This document shows positions 5,794 to 14,367 of a stretch of DNA of 26,937 nt, one piece after another. Within the stretch, counting starts at the first letter, position 1. Every line of letters begins with the position of its first letter. A program made the position numbers and the translations under genes. This stretch comes from a candidate division WOR-3 bacterium (GTDB lineage Bacteria > Hydrothermota > UBA3072 > B12-G15): positions 1 to 26,937 of the forward strand of contig CBFGJG010000028.1 in assembly GCA_965649055.1 (NCBI GenBank), in the 5' to 3' direction. The notes beneath the pieces are model-generated. The model was given only the letters and a program-made list of their open reading frames with translations, was not told the DNA's origin and did not search any database.

Positions 5794-8792
5794 CTCAATT
5801 TCATAAATTTCTTTGTTATTGTTTTATTTCCAAATTCCATTCTAACAAAATAAATACCCGGATTTGTTATATTTTCTACTCTAAAATTTCCTGAGCCTTT
5901 TTTAATTACACCTCTGAAAACCTCCTCTATCTTCCTGCCAAGAAGGTCATATATTGATATCTCTATATATGTTGAATAATCTATTGAATACCTTATTATA
6001 ATATCTTTTGTTGTTAAAACATCCACATTAATCTCTGCTACATTTACTGACTTTTCTACCTCTTCTTCAATATATTTCTCATCACCTATTATTAAAGAAA
6101 AATGGTTCAGACCATTATTCTTATATCTGTATTCTTTAATATCTTTAAATCTTAACACAATCCCGTTATCCCTGTCCACAAGTGCTATTTTATTTATATC
6201 TATATCTGAAACTTCAAATGTTAAATTAACATCATTTATAAATCCTGTCTTTACTTCAAAATCAAATCTCTTGTTCCCTTCTTCCCTTATATCTTTAGTA
6301 AAATTACCTGAATATCTTCCCCAATCTTTATGTGGAAAATACAATGATATCCCTTCTCCCATCATAGGTGGTTCAAAATAATCATTAATATCATATCCAT
6401 CATCTGCATTATTCATAAACCCAATATAGTTATAATCATCTACTGCTTCTCCTGATTTTGCTTTAATCCTTACATATTTTTTTATCTCTTCCTTTGTCTT
6501 ATTTTTAGCCCTCATCCTCGGATCTATTGTTATATATGCCTCTGATGTAGTATGTATAACATATCCTTCCCAGGGTTCAAGGTAATTCACAGTTGACCAA
6601 CTGCCTTTATATGAATAAATGGTTACAGGATCTGAATTTGATAATGTTATTGAACTTGTAGGAATCCTAAAAGGATATGGATTACCTATCATATTCCACC
6701 CCTGAACAAGACCTTTCCTGAAAATAGTATCTGTCTTTAATGTCATACCTGAACCTGTTAAAAGATACTTACCTTCATCCTTCACAATAACAAAAAATGC
6801 CTCTCCTGGAAGAATCTTACCTTTGCCAACCCCATCTATATATATGTCTTCATCACCTTTGTAATATCCTGCCCTCCATTCTTTTTTATCGTATTTACCA
6901 AGATTTGTTTCAAATAGATTCATTGCATCATCATTAGCCCTTACTATTGGAAAAGAGACTATCCTGTATTTATCAACAGTTGAACCATTAGGTAGTGGAA
7001 CAAGATTACCCTGTATATCCCTTTTCCATTCACCGGGTGGTTCTATATCCACATTTATTGAAAAATATTCCTTTGGTGGGTCAGGAATTATCCTCATATT
7101 ATCAAAAGAATCTTTTGCCTCTATATAGAATTCAAGACCTTTTATTGAAAGTTCAGATGGTTCTATTTTAAAAACATAGTTATCACCATTTTTTTCCGAA
7201 TAATCCTTCTTATTGTAACTCATCTCCCCACCAATTCTATAAAAAATATTAACTGATTTTATTCCTGATGGGTCCTGTGCATTAACATTTATCTTAAATG
7301 TATCTGTCAATCTAATTAACTGAGATTCCAAACTCATATAAAGATTGGGACCTGTAACATCATTAATAGTAAAATTACTATCGCTCACATCTTCAAGAAT
7401 AACAGCATTGCTTGAATTTAGAGCTTGAATCTTAATCCTTACCATAGAAGATGTAATAGATGGCATATTCCATTGATATGTTAGAACATTGTTCGGAATA
7501 TCGTTTGCTATTGTCTCAGGATAACTAATCCCACCATTTGTTGAATAAAGAATTCTGTATTTGGATACTTTAGTAGTATCAGCAAAATTCCATTCAATAG
7601 TACAGAGACTACCTGAGTATAAATCTTCACCACCATTTGGGTATAGAACCTTCAATGGATTTGTCTTTATAATGTAAACATCTGCCTCACCATTACCAAA
7701 AGAATATGTGTAACCTGTAAAAACAAAACCACCATAAATATCCTCACAGACAGAATAAACTTCTTCAACCTGTGAACCACTAACCTCTCTTCTCCATTTT
7801 TCATTACCATATTCATCTGTTTTTATAAATAAAACATCCTCTGTTCCACCTGTAAGGGATGTTGAACCTGCTATTATAAAACCTTTATCAGGATTTTCAA
7901 AAACAGAATATCCCCAGTCCCAACCCATATCTCCAAACGTTCTTGTCCATAAAGTATCACCTGTATCATTAATTCTTAAAATCCATATATCCGACTCCCC
8001 GAAACCATAAGAATAAGTATTACCAACAATAACATAACCACCACCTGAAACCTTTTTTACAGAATATCCCATATCATCACCTGTTCCACCATATGTCTTT
8101 GACCATTTTAAGTTTCCCAATGAATCTGTTTTTATAATGTATAAATCAAAGTTTCCAGCACCATAAGAGTTTGTAAACCCAACTATTATAAACCCTTTAT
8201 CAGAACATTGAATAACAGAACGACCTTCTTCGGAACCTGAACCACCAAATTTCTTACTCCACAATGTATCACCTGAACCATTTGTTTTTAAAAGCCATAA
8301 ATCACGATTACCGGAAGAAGAAGAATATCCAGCGATAATATATCCATTATCAGATGTTTTATCAACACACCATGCACAATCATCGGAGACTTCACCATAT
8401 TTTTTACTCCATACCATATTACCACTCTGGTCTGTTTTTACGATCAGTATATCTTCTCCTGTTCCAGCAGAATGGGTCATACCAGTAATTATATAACCAA
8501 GATCATTTGTCTTTTGAACAAAAAAACCTGCATCATAAGAACCAAAATCAAATGTTTTTGTCCATAAAGTATCACCTGAAGGATTAATCTTTAAAAGCCA
8601 AACATCACTCTGATTTAAACCAAATGAAAATGTATAACCAACTATAATAAAGCCACTGTCAGATGTTATTTGTATACATTGTCCAAAGTCATTTACTGAA
8701 CCTCCAAATGTCTTTGTCCACAATATATCCTGTTGCCCTGTTAGAACCAAAGACGCAAAAAAAGAAAGCATAAGATAAAATCTGACTTTCAT
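5790..8792 (-). CDS. Large secreted protein: 7-repeat beta-propeller, Ig-like domains and T9SS type A-like C-terminal domain
   Basis: Start revised to ATG 8792 (GGAGG 5 nt upstream; signal MKVRFYLMLSFFASLVLTG; ORF track 8810). Seven ~50-aa repeats, YPNGGE Ig-like domain, GWNMIGNPY, and CTD IYDLLGRKI...PGIYFVRM...KKFMKLR. Confidence 0.85.
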   Translation of the reverse strand: MKVRFYLMLSFFASLVLTGQQDILWTKTFGGSVNDFGQCIQITSDSGFIIVGYTFSFGLNQSDVWLLKINPSGDTLWTKTFDFGSYDAGFFVQKTNDLGYIITGMTHSAGTGEDILIVKTDQSGNMVWSKKYGEVSDDCAWCVDKTSDNGYIIAGYSSSSGNRDLWLLKTNGSGDTLWSKKFGGSGSEEGRSVIQCSDKGFIIVGFTNSYGAGNFDLYIIKTDSLGNLKWSKTYGGTGDDMGYSVKKVSGGGYVIVGNTYSYGFGESDIWILRINDTGDTLWTRTFGDMGWDWGYSVFENPDKGFIIAGSTSLTGGTEDVLFIKTDEYGNEKWRREVSGSQVEEVYSVCEDIYGGFVFTGYTYSFGNGEADVYIIKTNPLKVLYPNGGEDLYSGSLCTIEWNFADTTKVSKYRILYSTNGGISYPETIANDIPNNVLTYQWNMPSITSSMVRIKIQALNSSNAVILEDVSDSNFTINDVTGPNLYMSLESQLIRLTDTFKINVNAQDPSGIKSVNIFYRIGGEMSYNKKDYSEKNGDNYVFKIEPSELSIKGLEFYIEAKDSFDNMRIIPDPPKEYFSINVDIEPPGEWKRDIQGNLVPLPNGSTVDKYRIVSFPIVRANDDAMNLFETNLGKYDKKEWRAGYYKGDEDIYIDGVGKGKILPGEAFFVIVKDEGKYLLTGSGMTLKTDTIFRKGLVQGWNMIGNPYPFRIPTSSITLSNSDPVTIYSYKGSWSTVNYLEPWEGYVIHTTSEAYITIDPRMRAKNKTKEEIKKYVRIKAKSGEAVDDYNYIGFMNNADDGYDINDYFEPPMMGEGISLYFPHKDWGRYSGNFTKDIREEGNKRFDFEVKTGFINDVNLTFEVSDIDINKIALVDRDNGIVLRFKDIKEYRYKNNGLNHFSLIIGDEKYIEEEVEKSVNVAEINVDVLTTKDIIIRYSIDYSTYIEISIYDLLGRKIEEVFRGVIKKGSGNFRVENITNPGIYFVRMEFGNKTITKKFMKLR
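7660..8725 (-). repeat. Seven intragenic ~50-aa repeats (beta-propeller blades)
   Basis: Approximate consensus WxKxFGGxxxDxGxxVxxxxDxGYIIxGxTxSxGxxxxDxWxxKTDxxG, seen seven times in the translation. Coordinates approximate. Confidence 0.8.
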
Positions 8793-8901
8793 AATTTCCT
8801 CCATTTTCATTATTAAATATAATCATAAAAAAAATTATAAAAGTCAAGGAATTTTTATATATTTTAAAATTAAATTACGATTCCAAAAATTTCACAATAA
8901 A

Positions 8902-9612
8902 TTAATATTTTACTTCCCAGAGATATAACCCTTGCGACGGTGGAAGCAACAACGACTTTTTTGAACCTTTAAAGATTTCTTCTATATCTTTTATATCTAA
9001 TTTTCCCATTAATATTGAAATTATCGTGCCGAGTATATGACGAACCATCCTCCTTAAAAACCTGTTCGCTTCTATTTCATAAATTATAAATTCATTTTCT
9101 TTGAAAAACCTTGAGACCTTAACATTACAAATACCTTCGTCTTTTGTTGAAAGGTGTTTAAAATCCCTTTCAACTAAAAATAATCCTGCAACTTCATTTG
9201 CTTTATCAATATCAATATTTCTATCAAATTCCCATACGCGATTTCTTCTCAAAGGTGAAATTCCTTTAAAAATATAATACCTGTAAACCCTTGAAATCGC
9301 ATTAAACCTTGAATGGAATTCTTCTTTCACTTCTTCAAGTCTTTTTATGTATATATCTTTGGATAAAACAGCGTTTAAACCTTTTTTCAAAGCTGATTCA
9401 TCTATAGGTCTATTTATAAAAAAATTTGCAACCTGATTTATTGCATGAACACCTTTATCGGTCCTTGCAGCACCTATAATCTTTACTTCTTCACCTGTTA
9501 TTCTTTTTATTGCTTTTCTTAACTCACCCTGAACAGTCCTCCTGTCCGGTTGTATCTGCCAGCCATAAAAATCAGTCCCATCATATTCTATATCTATCCT
9601 GATATTTCTCAT
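8902..9612 (-). CDS. truA: tRNA pseudouridine(38-40) synthase
   Basis: YDGTDFYGWQIQP, ARTDKGVHA (catalytic Asp), FHSRFNA, FLRRMVR, QGLYL. Confidence 0.96.
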   Translation of the reverse strand: MRNIRIDIEYDGTDFYGWQIQPDRRTVQGELRKAIKRITGEEVKIIGAARTDKGVHAINQVANFFINRPIDESALKKGLNAVLSKDIYIKRLEEVKEEFHSRFNAISRVYRYYIFKGISPLRRNRVWEFDRNIDIDKANEVAGLFLVERDFKHLSTKDEGICNVKVSRFFKENEFIIYEIEANRFLRRMVRHILGTIISILMGKLDIKDIEEIFKGSKKSLLLPPSQGLYLWEVKY

Positions 9613-10367
9613 AAAATTATATAAATAAATATGAGTAATAAAAGATATAAAGAGAAAAGGATATCACCAATTAATGTCTCTCTTTTATAACTTGTAACAA
9701 ATCCTGAACCAGGGGTATAACCCTTCGCATTCAATGCATAACTTAAAATATCTGCCTTCCTCAATGTTGAAAAAACAATAGGAAAAAGCAGGGAAATTAT
9801 TCTTAAAAAATACCCTTTTCTAATACCCCTCGCCATTTGCGATAAAACTATCCTCCTTCCTTCATAAAATATAACTGGAACATACCTCATACTTAATGCA
9901 ATCATAAAAGGAAAGTCGGATAATTTTCTTAATCTTAAGAAATTAAATATTGAAGACAATCTATCAGAGAGAATAAAAGGGTTTGTTGTTAGATTAAACA
10001 ATGCAGCTGCTATAATCAATAAAAATAGCCTTGTCGAGAAGAGAAATCCATTTTTAAGCCCTTCAAATGTAGGCTTTAAAAAATAAAAAACAAAAATAAC
10101 CTTTCCAGGAGTAAATAAAAAATGCAAAAGGAAAGTCATTAAAAATAATATATAAAAAGGAATTAGAGATTTAAACAAACTTTTTAATTTAATCTTAGAC
10201 AATAAGATAATGGGAATTAAGTAAATAAACAGTATAAGATAGAGCAAAAAATTATCTGTTATTAAAATAATGACAGAATAAATCAATATGAATAATAGCT
10301 TCAAAAAGGGGTCTATCTTAGAAATTATTGATTCTCTTATATTTCTTCTTAAAAATAACTCAATCAA
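9609..10367 (-). CDS. ecfT: Energy-coupling factor transporter transmembrane component (EcfT/CbiQ)
   Basis: TTG start with AAAGGGG SD; IDPFLKL, several TM segments, ALSMRYVP, SQMARG and LNAKGY motifs. Confidence 0.85.
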   Translation of the reverse strand: MIELFLRRNIRESIISKIDPFLKLLFILIYSVIILITDNFLLYLILFIYLIPIILLSKIKLKSLFKSLIPFYILFLMTFLLHFLFTPGKVIFVFYFLKPTFEGLKNGFLFSTRLFLLIIAAALFNLTTNPFILSDRLSSIFNFLRLRKLSDFPFMIALSMRYVPVIFYEGRRIVLSQMARGIRKGYFLRIISLLFPIVFSTLRKADILSYALNAKGYTPGSGFVTSYKRETLIGDILFSLYLLLLIFIYIIL

Positions 10368-10395
10368 TTATAACCCCTTTTTACTTTTCTCTGTT

Positions 10396-11382
10396 TTAAT
10401 ATACACCTCTTTGTAATATATCATGTAGATGTATCACCCCAATTGGTTTTTTCTTATTGTTAACAACAATTAGTGCCGATACCCTGTTTTTTTCCATTAA
10501 ATTCAAGGTGTATTCTATTGTAGATTCCTGTTCAATTGTTTTTGGGTTTTTGGTCATTATATCTTTTGCCTTAAAATGGTAAATATTCTTACCTTTCTCA
10601 AGTAATCTTCTTAAATCTCCATCCGTAATAACACCTTTGAGTATACCTTTTTCATCAACAACACTTGTAATCCCTCTTTTTGAGGTCATCTCTGTTATTA
10701 CTTTTATCATCTCATCATCTTGTCTTACAATAGGAATGTAACTACCTGTTAGCATAACATCTTTAACAAGTAAACTTAACTTCCTCCCAATACTACCTGC
10801 GGGATGTATCTTTAATATCTCATCCTTTGAAATATTTTTAAGCTTTGATAATGTTATTGCAAGTGCATCACCCATCACGAGTGATACTGTAGAAGATGTT
10901 GTTGGTGCAATATTTAAGGAACAAGCCTCATCTTTTATATCAATAAATAACCTCACATCTGATAATTTTGAAAGAATAGAAGATCTATTTGCGGTTATAC
11001 AAATAATAGGGATTTCCTTCTCGCATAAAATCTTTGCAACTTTTATTATTTCTTCACTCTCGCCACTCTTTGAAATAATAATAGAAACATCTTTTTTATC
11101 CAGAATTCCTATATCACCATGAAGTGCATCGGTTGGATGAATATATATTGCTGATGTTCCTGTGCTTGTAAATGTTGATGCTATCTTCCTTGCAACAAGG
11201 CCTGACTTTCCAATACCGAATGTAACAATCTTCCCATCTGAATTATAAAGAATCTTTACTGCCCTGAAAAATTCCTCGTCTATAAATTCACCTATCCTTA
11301 ATATCTCTTTTCCCTCTTTCAAAAAAACTTCTTTTCCCGAATCAATAATCTGCTTCTTCAAGTTCTTTGATTGTCTTTTCAA
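10396..11382 (-). CDS. kdsD: Arabinose-5-phosphate isomerase, KpsF/GutQ family (SIS + CBS pair)
   Basis: GIGKSG, HPTDALHGDIG, SKSGES, APTTSST, HPAGSIG, ITDGDLRR. Likely start TTG 11382 (GGAGG 6 nt upstream; ORF track 11403). Confidence 0.93.
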   Translation of the reverse strand: MKRQSKNLKKQIIDSGKEVFLKEGKEILRIGEFIDEEFFRAVKILYNSDGKIVTFGIGKSGLVARKIASTFTSTGTSAIYIHPTDALHGDIGILDKKDVSIIISKSGESEEIIKVAKILCEKEIPIICITANRSSILSKLSDVRLFIDIKDEACSLNIAPTTSSTVSLVMGDALAITLSKLKNISKDEILKIHPAGSIGRKLSLLVKDVMLTGSYIPIVRQDDEMIKVITEMTSKRGITSVVDEKGILKGVITDGDLRRLLEKGKNIYHFKAKDIMTKNPKTIEQESTIEYTLNLMEKNRVSALIVVNNKKKPIGVIHLHDILQRGVY

Positions 11383-11860
11383 GAACATCCTCCAATTTAC
11401 CATTTAATTTCAAGATATATTCACAAATTTCCCTAACACCACCATTACCACCACATTTTCTGGAGATAAATTTAGCATATTTTTTTACAATATCTTCAGA
11501 GTCAGCAAGAGCACAGGGAAGCCCAACTATCTTCATTGCAGGAATATCAAAAATATCATCACCCACAAAAACAGCTTCTACAGGATTTATACTTAATCTT
11601 GTTAATATCTTTTCAAGACAGTCCCTTTTGTTTTTAATACCCATATGAACCTCAGTAACCCCCAGCTCCTCTGCCCTTCTTCTTATAGCATTGGAGTATC
11701 TGCCGGAAATAAAAGCAACTATTATACCTGATTTCACACAAAGAGTAATTCCCATTCCATCCTTTGCATTAAACTTCTTTATCTCTTCACCATTCTCAGA
11801 GTAATATATAGAGCCATCTGTCAATGTCCCGTCTATATCAAATGCTATAAATTTATACAT
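11342..11860 (-). CDS. kdsC: KDO 8-phosphate phosphatase (HAD, YrbI family)
   Basis: FDIDGTLTDG, FNAKDGMG, VGDDIFD, GGNGGVRE. Start revised to ATG 11860 (GAGGA SD; overlaps the kdsA stop). Confidence 0.93.
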   Translation of the reverse strand: MYKFIAFDIDGTLTDGSIYYSENGEEIKKFNAKDGMGITLCVKSGIIVAFISGRYSNAIRRRAEELGVTEVHMGIKNKRDCLEKILTRLSINPVEAVFVGDDIFDIPAMKIVGLPCALADSEDIVKKYAKFISRKCGGNGGVREICEYILKLNGKLEDVLEKTIKELEEADY

Positions 11861-12683
11861 ACTTCCTCGCTGTATTATGAATATCAATAAGTTCGTTTAA
11901 GAAATCTTCAAGTTCATTTAAAGGGAATATTGATGCTGCATCACTCAAAGCATTTTCAGGTTCAGGATGTGTTTCAATAAAAACACCATCGACACCAGCA
12001 GCAACACCTGCCCTTCCAAGAACCCTTATGAATTCCCTTTCTCCACCTCTTTTATCTTTGGATGGAATTCCATATATTCTTACGGAATGTGTAATGTCAA
12101 ATACTACAGGGTAACCCATATTTCTAAGGATTGCGAAAGAACGCATATCAACAACAAGCCTGTGATATCCAAGGAATGTTCCTCTCTCAGTCAGTATTAT
12201 TTTATCACAACCACCATAATTCAGTTTATTAATTGCATATTGCATATCTTCCGGTGGAATAAATTGTGCTTTCTTCACATTTATTATCTTCCCAGTTCTT
12301 GCTGCTGCAATTAGAAGGCTTATTTGCTGAGAAAGAAAAGCAGGTATCTGTATTATATCTAAAACATCTTTTACTTTCTCCGCATCTTCTGCTGAATGAA
12401 TATCTGAAAGGACTGGAATATTAAATGTTTTTTTTACTTCTTCAAGTATTTTTAAACCTTCGTAAATCCCAGGACCAAGATAATATGTTGGTGAAGAACG
12501 GTTGTCTTTAAGATAAGATGCCTTGAATATCAATGGTATTTTTAGCCTGTTTGATATTTTCTTTAATCTTTCTGCTATCTTCAATGTTGTATCCCTTCCT
12601 TCAATAACACAGGGACCACTAATTAAAAAAAGTGGTGAATCACCACCAATAGAAAAATTATCTATCTGGATTTTCTTCGTCAT
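11853..12683 (-). CDS. kdsA: KDO 8-phosphate synthase (metal-dependent type, divergent motifs)
   Basis: GPCVIE, QIPAFL, NVKKAQF, TERGT, DITHSV, FIETHPEP; kds operon context. Confidence 0.9.
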   Translation of the reverse strand: MTKKIQIDNFSIGGDSPLFLISGPCVIEGRDTTLKIAERLKKISNRLKIPLIFKASYLKDNRSSPTYYLGPGIYEGLKILEEVKKTFNIPVLSDIHSAEDAEKVKDVLDIIQIPAFLSQQISLLIAAARTGKIINVKKAQFIPPEDMQYAINKLNYGGCDKIILTERGTFLGYHRLVVDMRSFAILRNMGYPVVFDITHSVRIYGIPSKDKRGGEREFIRVLGRAGVAAGVDGVFIETHPEPENALSDAASIFPLNELEDFLNELIDIHNTARKYV

Positions 12684-14367
12684 AATTTACCACCTCTTTT
12701 GCAAAACCCCAAAAAACAGGTGAAGGTTCAGGAAGGCTTGATTTAAATTCAGGATGTGATTGTGTTGCAATGAAGAATCTATGATCAGGAATTTCCATAA
12801 ATTCAGTCAGGAATTCATCTTCAGATGAGATATGATAACCTGCAACCCTAAAACCTTTACTTTCAAATTTATCTATGTATTTCGGATTTATTTCATACCT
12901 ATGTCTATGTCTTTCAATTACAAAATCTTTATTGAGGTCAACCTTACCTATCCTGAAATCTTCAAGTTTCTTAACCCTTTCTTTATCTTTTTCTATTCTA
13001 TTTGTCTCTTTATATAAATTCAATGTATATGAATTATTCATCTGTGCTACATAAGCACCAAGCCTCATACTTGCGCCAAATCTCCTGTTTTCAAGTATCT
13101 CCTTCTGTTTGGGTAACAATGTAACCACCGGGTATTCAGTCTTATCATCGAATTCTGTTGAGTTTGCATTATTTAAATTAAGAACATTTCTTGAGAATTC
13201 AATTACTGCAAGTTGGAGACCCAGGCACAAACCAAGAAATGGAACATTGTTTTCCCTTGCATATTTTATTGCTAGTATTTTTCCTTCTATTCCAGACTGT
13301 CCGAAACCACCGGGAACAACTATACCTTTAAATTTTTTAAGAATAGAAATATCATCAAGCTTGTTTGAATCAATCCAGTTTATATTCAATTTTACATTAC
13401 AGTTTGCACCTGCATGTTCTAATGCCTGATTAACTGAGAGATAAGAATCCACAAGTGTAAATTTACCTATATCAACATATTTACCTATCATTGCAATATC
13501 TATCACTTTCTGGGGATTCAGGATATTGTTAACAAGTCTTTCCCATAAACTCCAATCAGGTTGTTTTCTTGGTGTAAGTGATAACTTCTGTAATATCTTA
13601 ATACCCAGATTCTCTTTTTCAAAATTCAAAGGCACTTCAAACACAGAAGAAACATCCGGTGCTGAAATAACATAATCTGCATCTATATTTGCGTAAACTT
13701 CTATCTTCTTTTTACGAACCTCATCAAGTGGAACATGAGCCCTGCATAATATAATATCAGGAAATATTCCATGTTCTGAAAGCATTTTAATGGCCTGCTG
13801 GGTTGGTTTTGTCTTCATTTCCTGAATATGTGTGGGGACAGGAAGATATGTTAATAGAACATAGATAACATTATCTTTTCCCTCTTCTCTTTCTATACTC
13901 TTCATAGCAAAAAGGAATGGAATATTTTCGTAATCACCTATGGTTCCACCTATCTCTATAATACAAATATCATATCCTGACGCTGCGTTTCTAATCCTCC
14001 TTTTTATCTCATCAGGAATATGCGGTATAAACTGGACTGTCTTACCAAGATATTCTCCATTTCTTTCTTTTTCTATTACAGCCTTATATATCTGACCGGT
14101 AGTTATATTATTTATCTTTGGAATCTCATATCCAAGGAATCTTTCATACGAGCCCAAATCCTGATCTATCTCTCCACCATCATCAGTAACCCAGACTTCT
14201 CCATGTTCTGTTGGTCTCAAAGTCCCGGCGTCAAGATTAATATAAGGGTCTATCTTGATCGCAGTTGTCTTATATCCATACTGATTTAATATTCTTCCTA
14301 TAGATGCAGTTGCTATTCCTTTTCCAATACCACTTAAGACTCCACCCACCACAACAATGTATTTCAT
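12658..14367 (-). CDS. pyrG: CTP synthase
   Basis: GGVLSGIGKG, KIDPYIN, HGEV, KTKPTQ, VPGGFG, GLCLGLQ (Cys nucleophile), RHRHRYE, QSHPEF. Confidence 0.97.
   Translation of the reverse strand: MKYIVVVGGVLSGIGKGIATASIGRILNQYGYKTTAIKIDPYINLDAGTLRPTEHGEVWVTDDGGEIDQDLGSYERFLGYEIPKINNITTGQIYKAVIEKERNGEYLGKTVQFIPHIPDEIKRRIRNAASGYDICIIEIGGTIGDYENIPFLFAMKSIEREEGKDNVIYVLLTYLPVPTHIQEMKTKPTQQAIKMLSEHGIFPDIILCRAHVPLDEVRKKKIEVYANIDADYVISAPDVSSVFEVPLNFEKENLGIKILQKLSLTPRKQPDWSLWERLVNNILNPQKVIDIAMIGKYVDIGKFTLVDSYLSVNQALEHAGANCNVKLNINWIDSNKLDDISILKKFKGIVVPGGFGQSGIEGKILAIKYARENNVPFLGLCLGLQLAVIEFSRNVLNLNNANSTEFDDKTEYPVVTLLPKQKEILENRRFGASMRLGAYVAQMNNSYTLNLYKETNRIEKDKERVKKLEDFRIGKVDLNKDFVIERHRHRYEINPKYIDKFESKGFRVAGYHISSEDEFLTEFMEIPDHRFFIATQSHPEFKSSLPEPSPVFWGFAKEVVNYDEENPDR

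Noticed and set aside
7660..8725. Periodic repeats that might suggest a CRISPR array or DGR target
   Set aside because: They are degenerate in-frame protein repeats (propeller blades) with no identical nucleotide repeats or spacers; no reverse transcriptase or cas gene is present.
8793..8847. Leaderless start at ATG 8810 for the large secreted protein
   Set aside because: No -10 box at a 16-17 nt spacing from TTGACT, whereas ATG 8792 has GGAGG and gives a proper signal peptide; excluded from the leaderless set.
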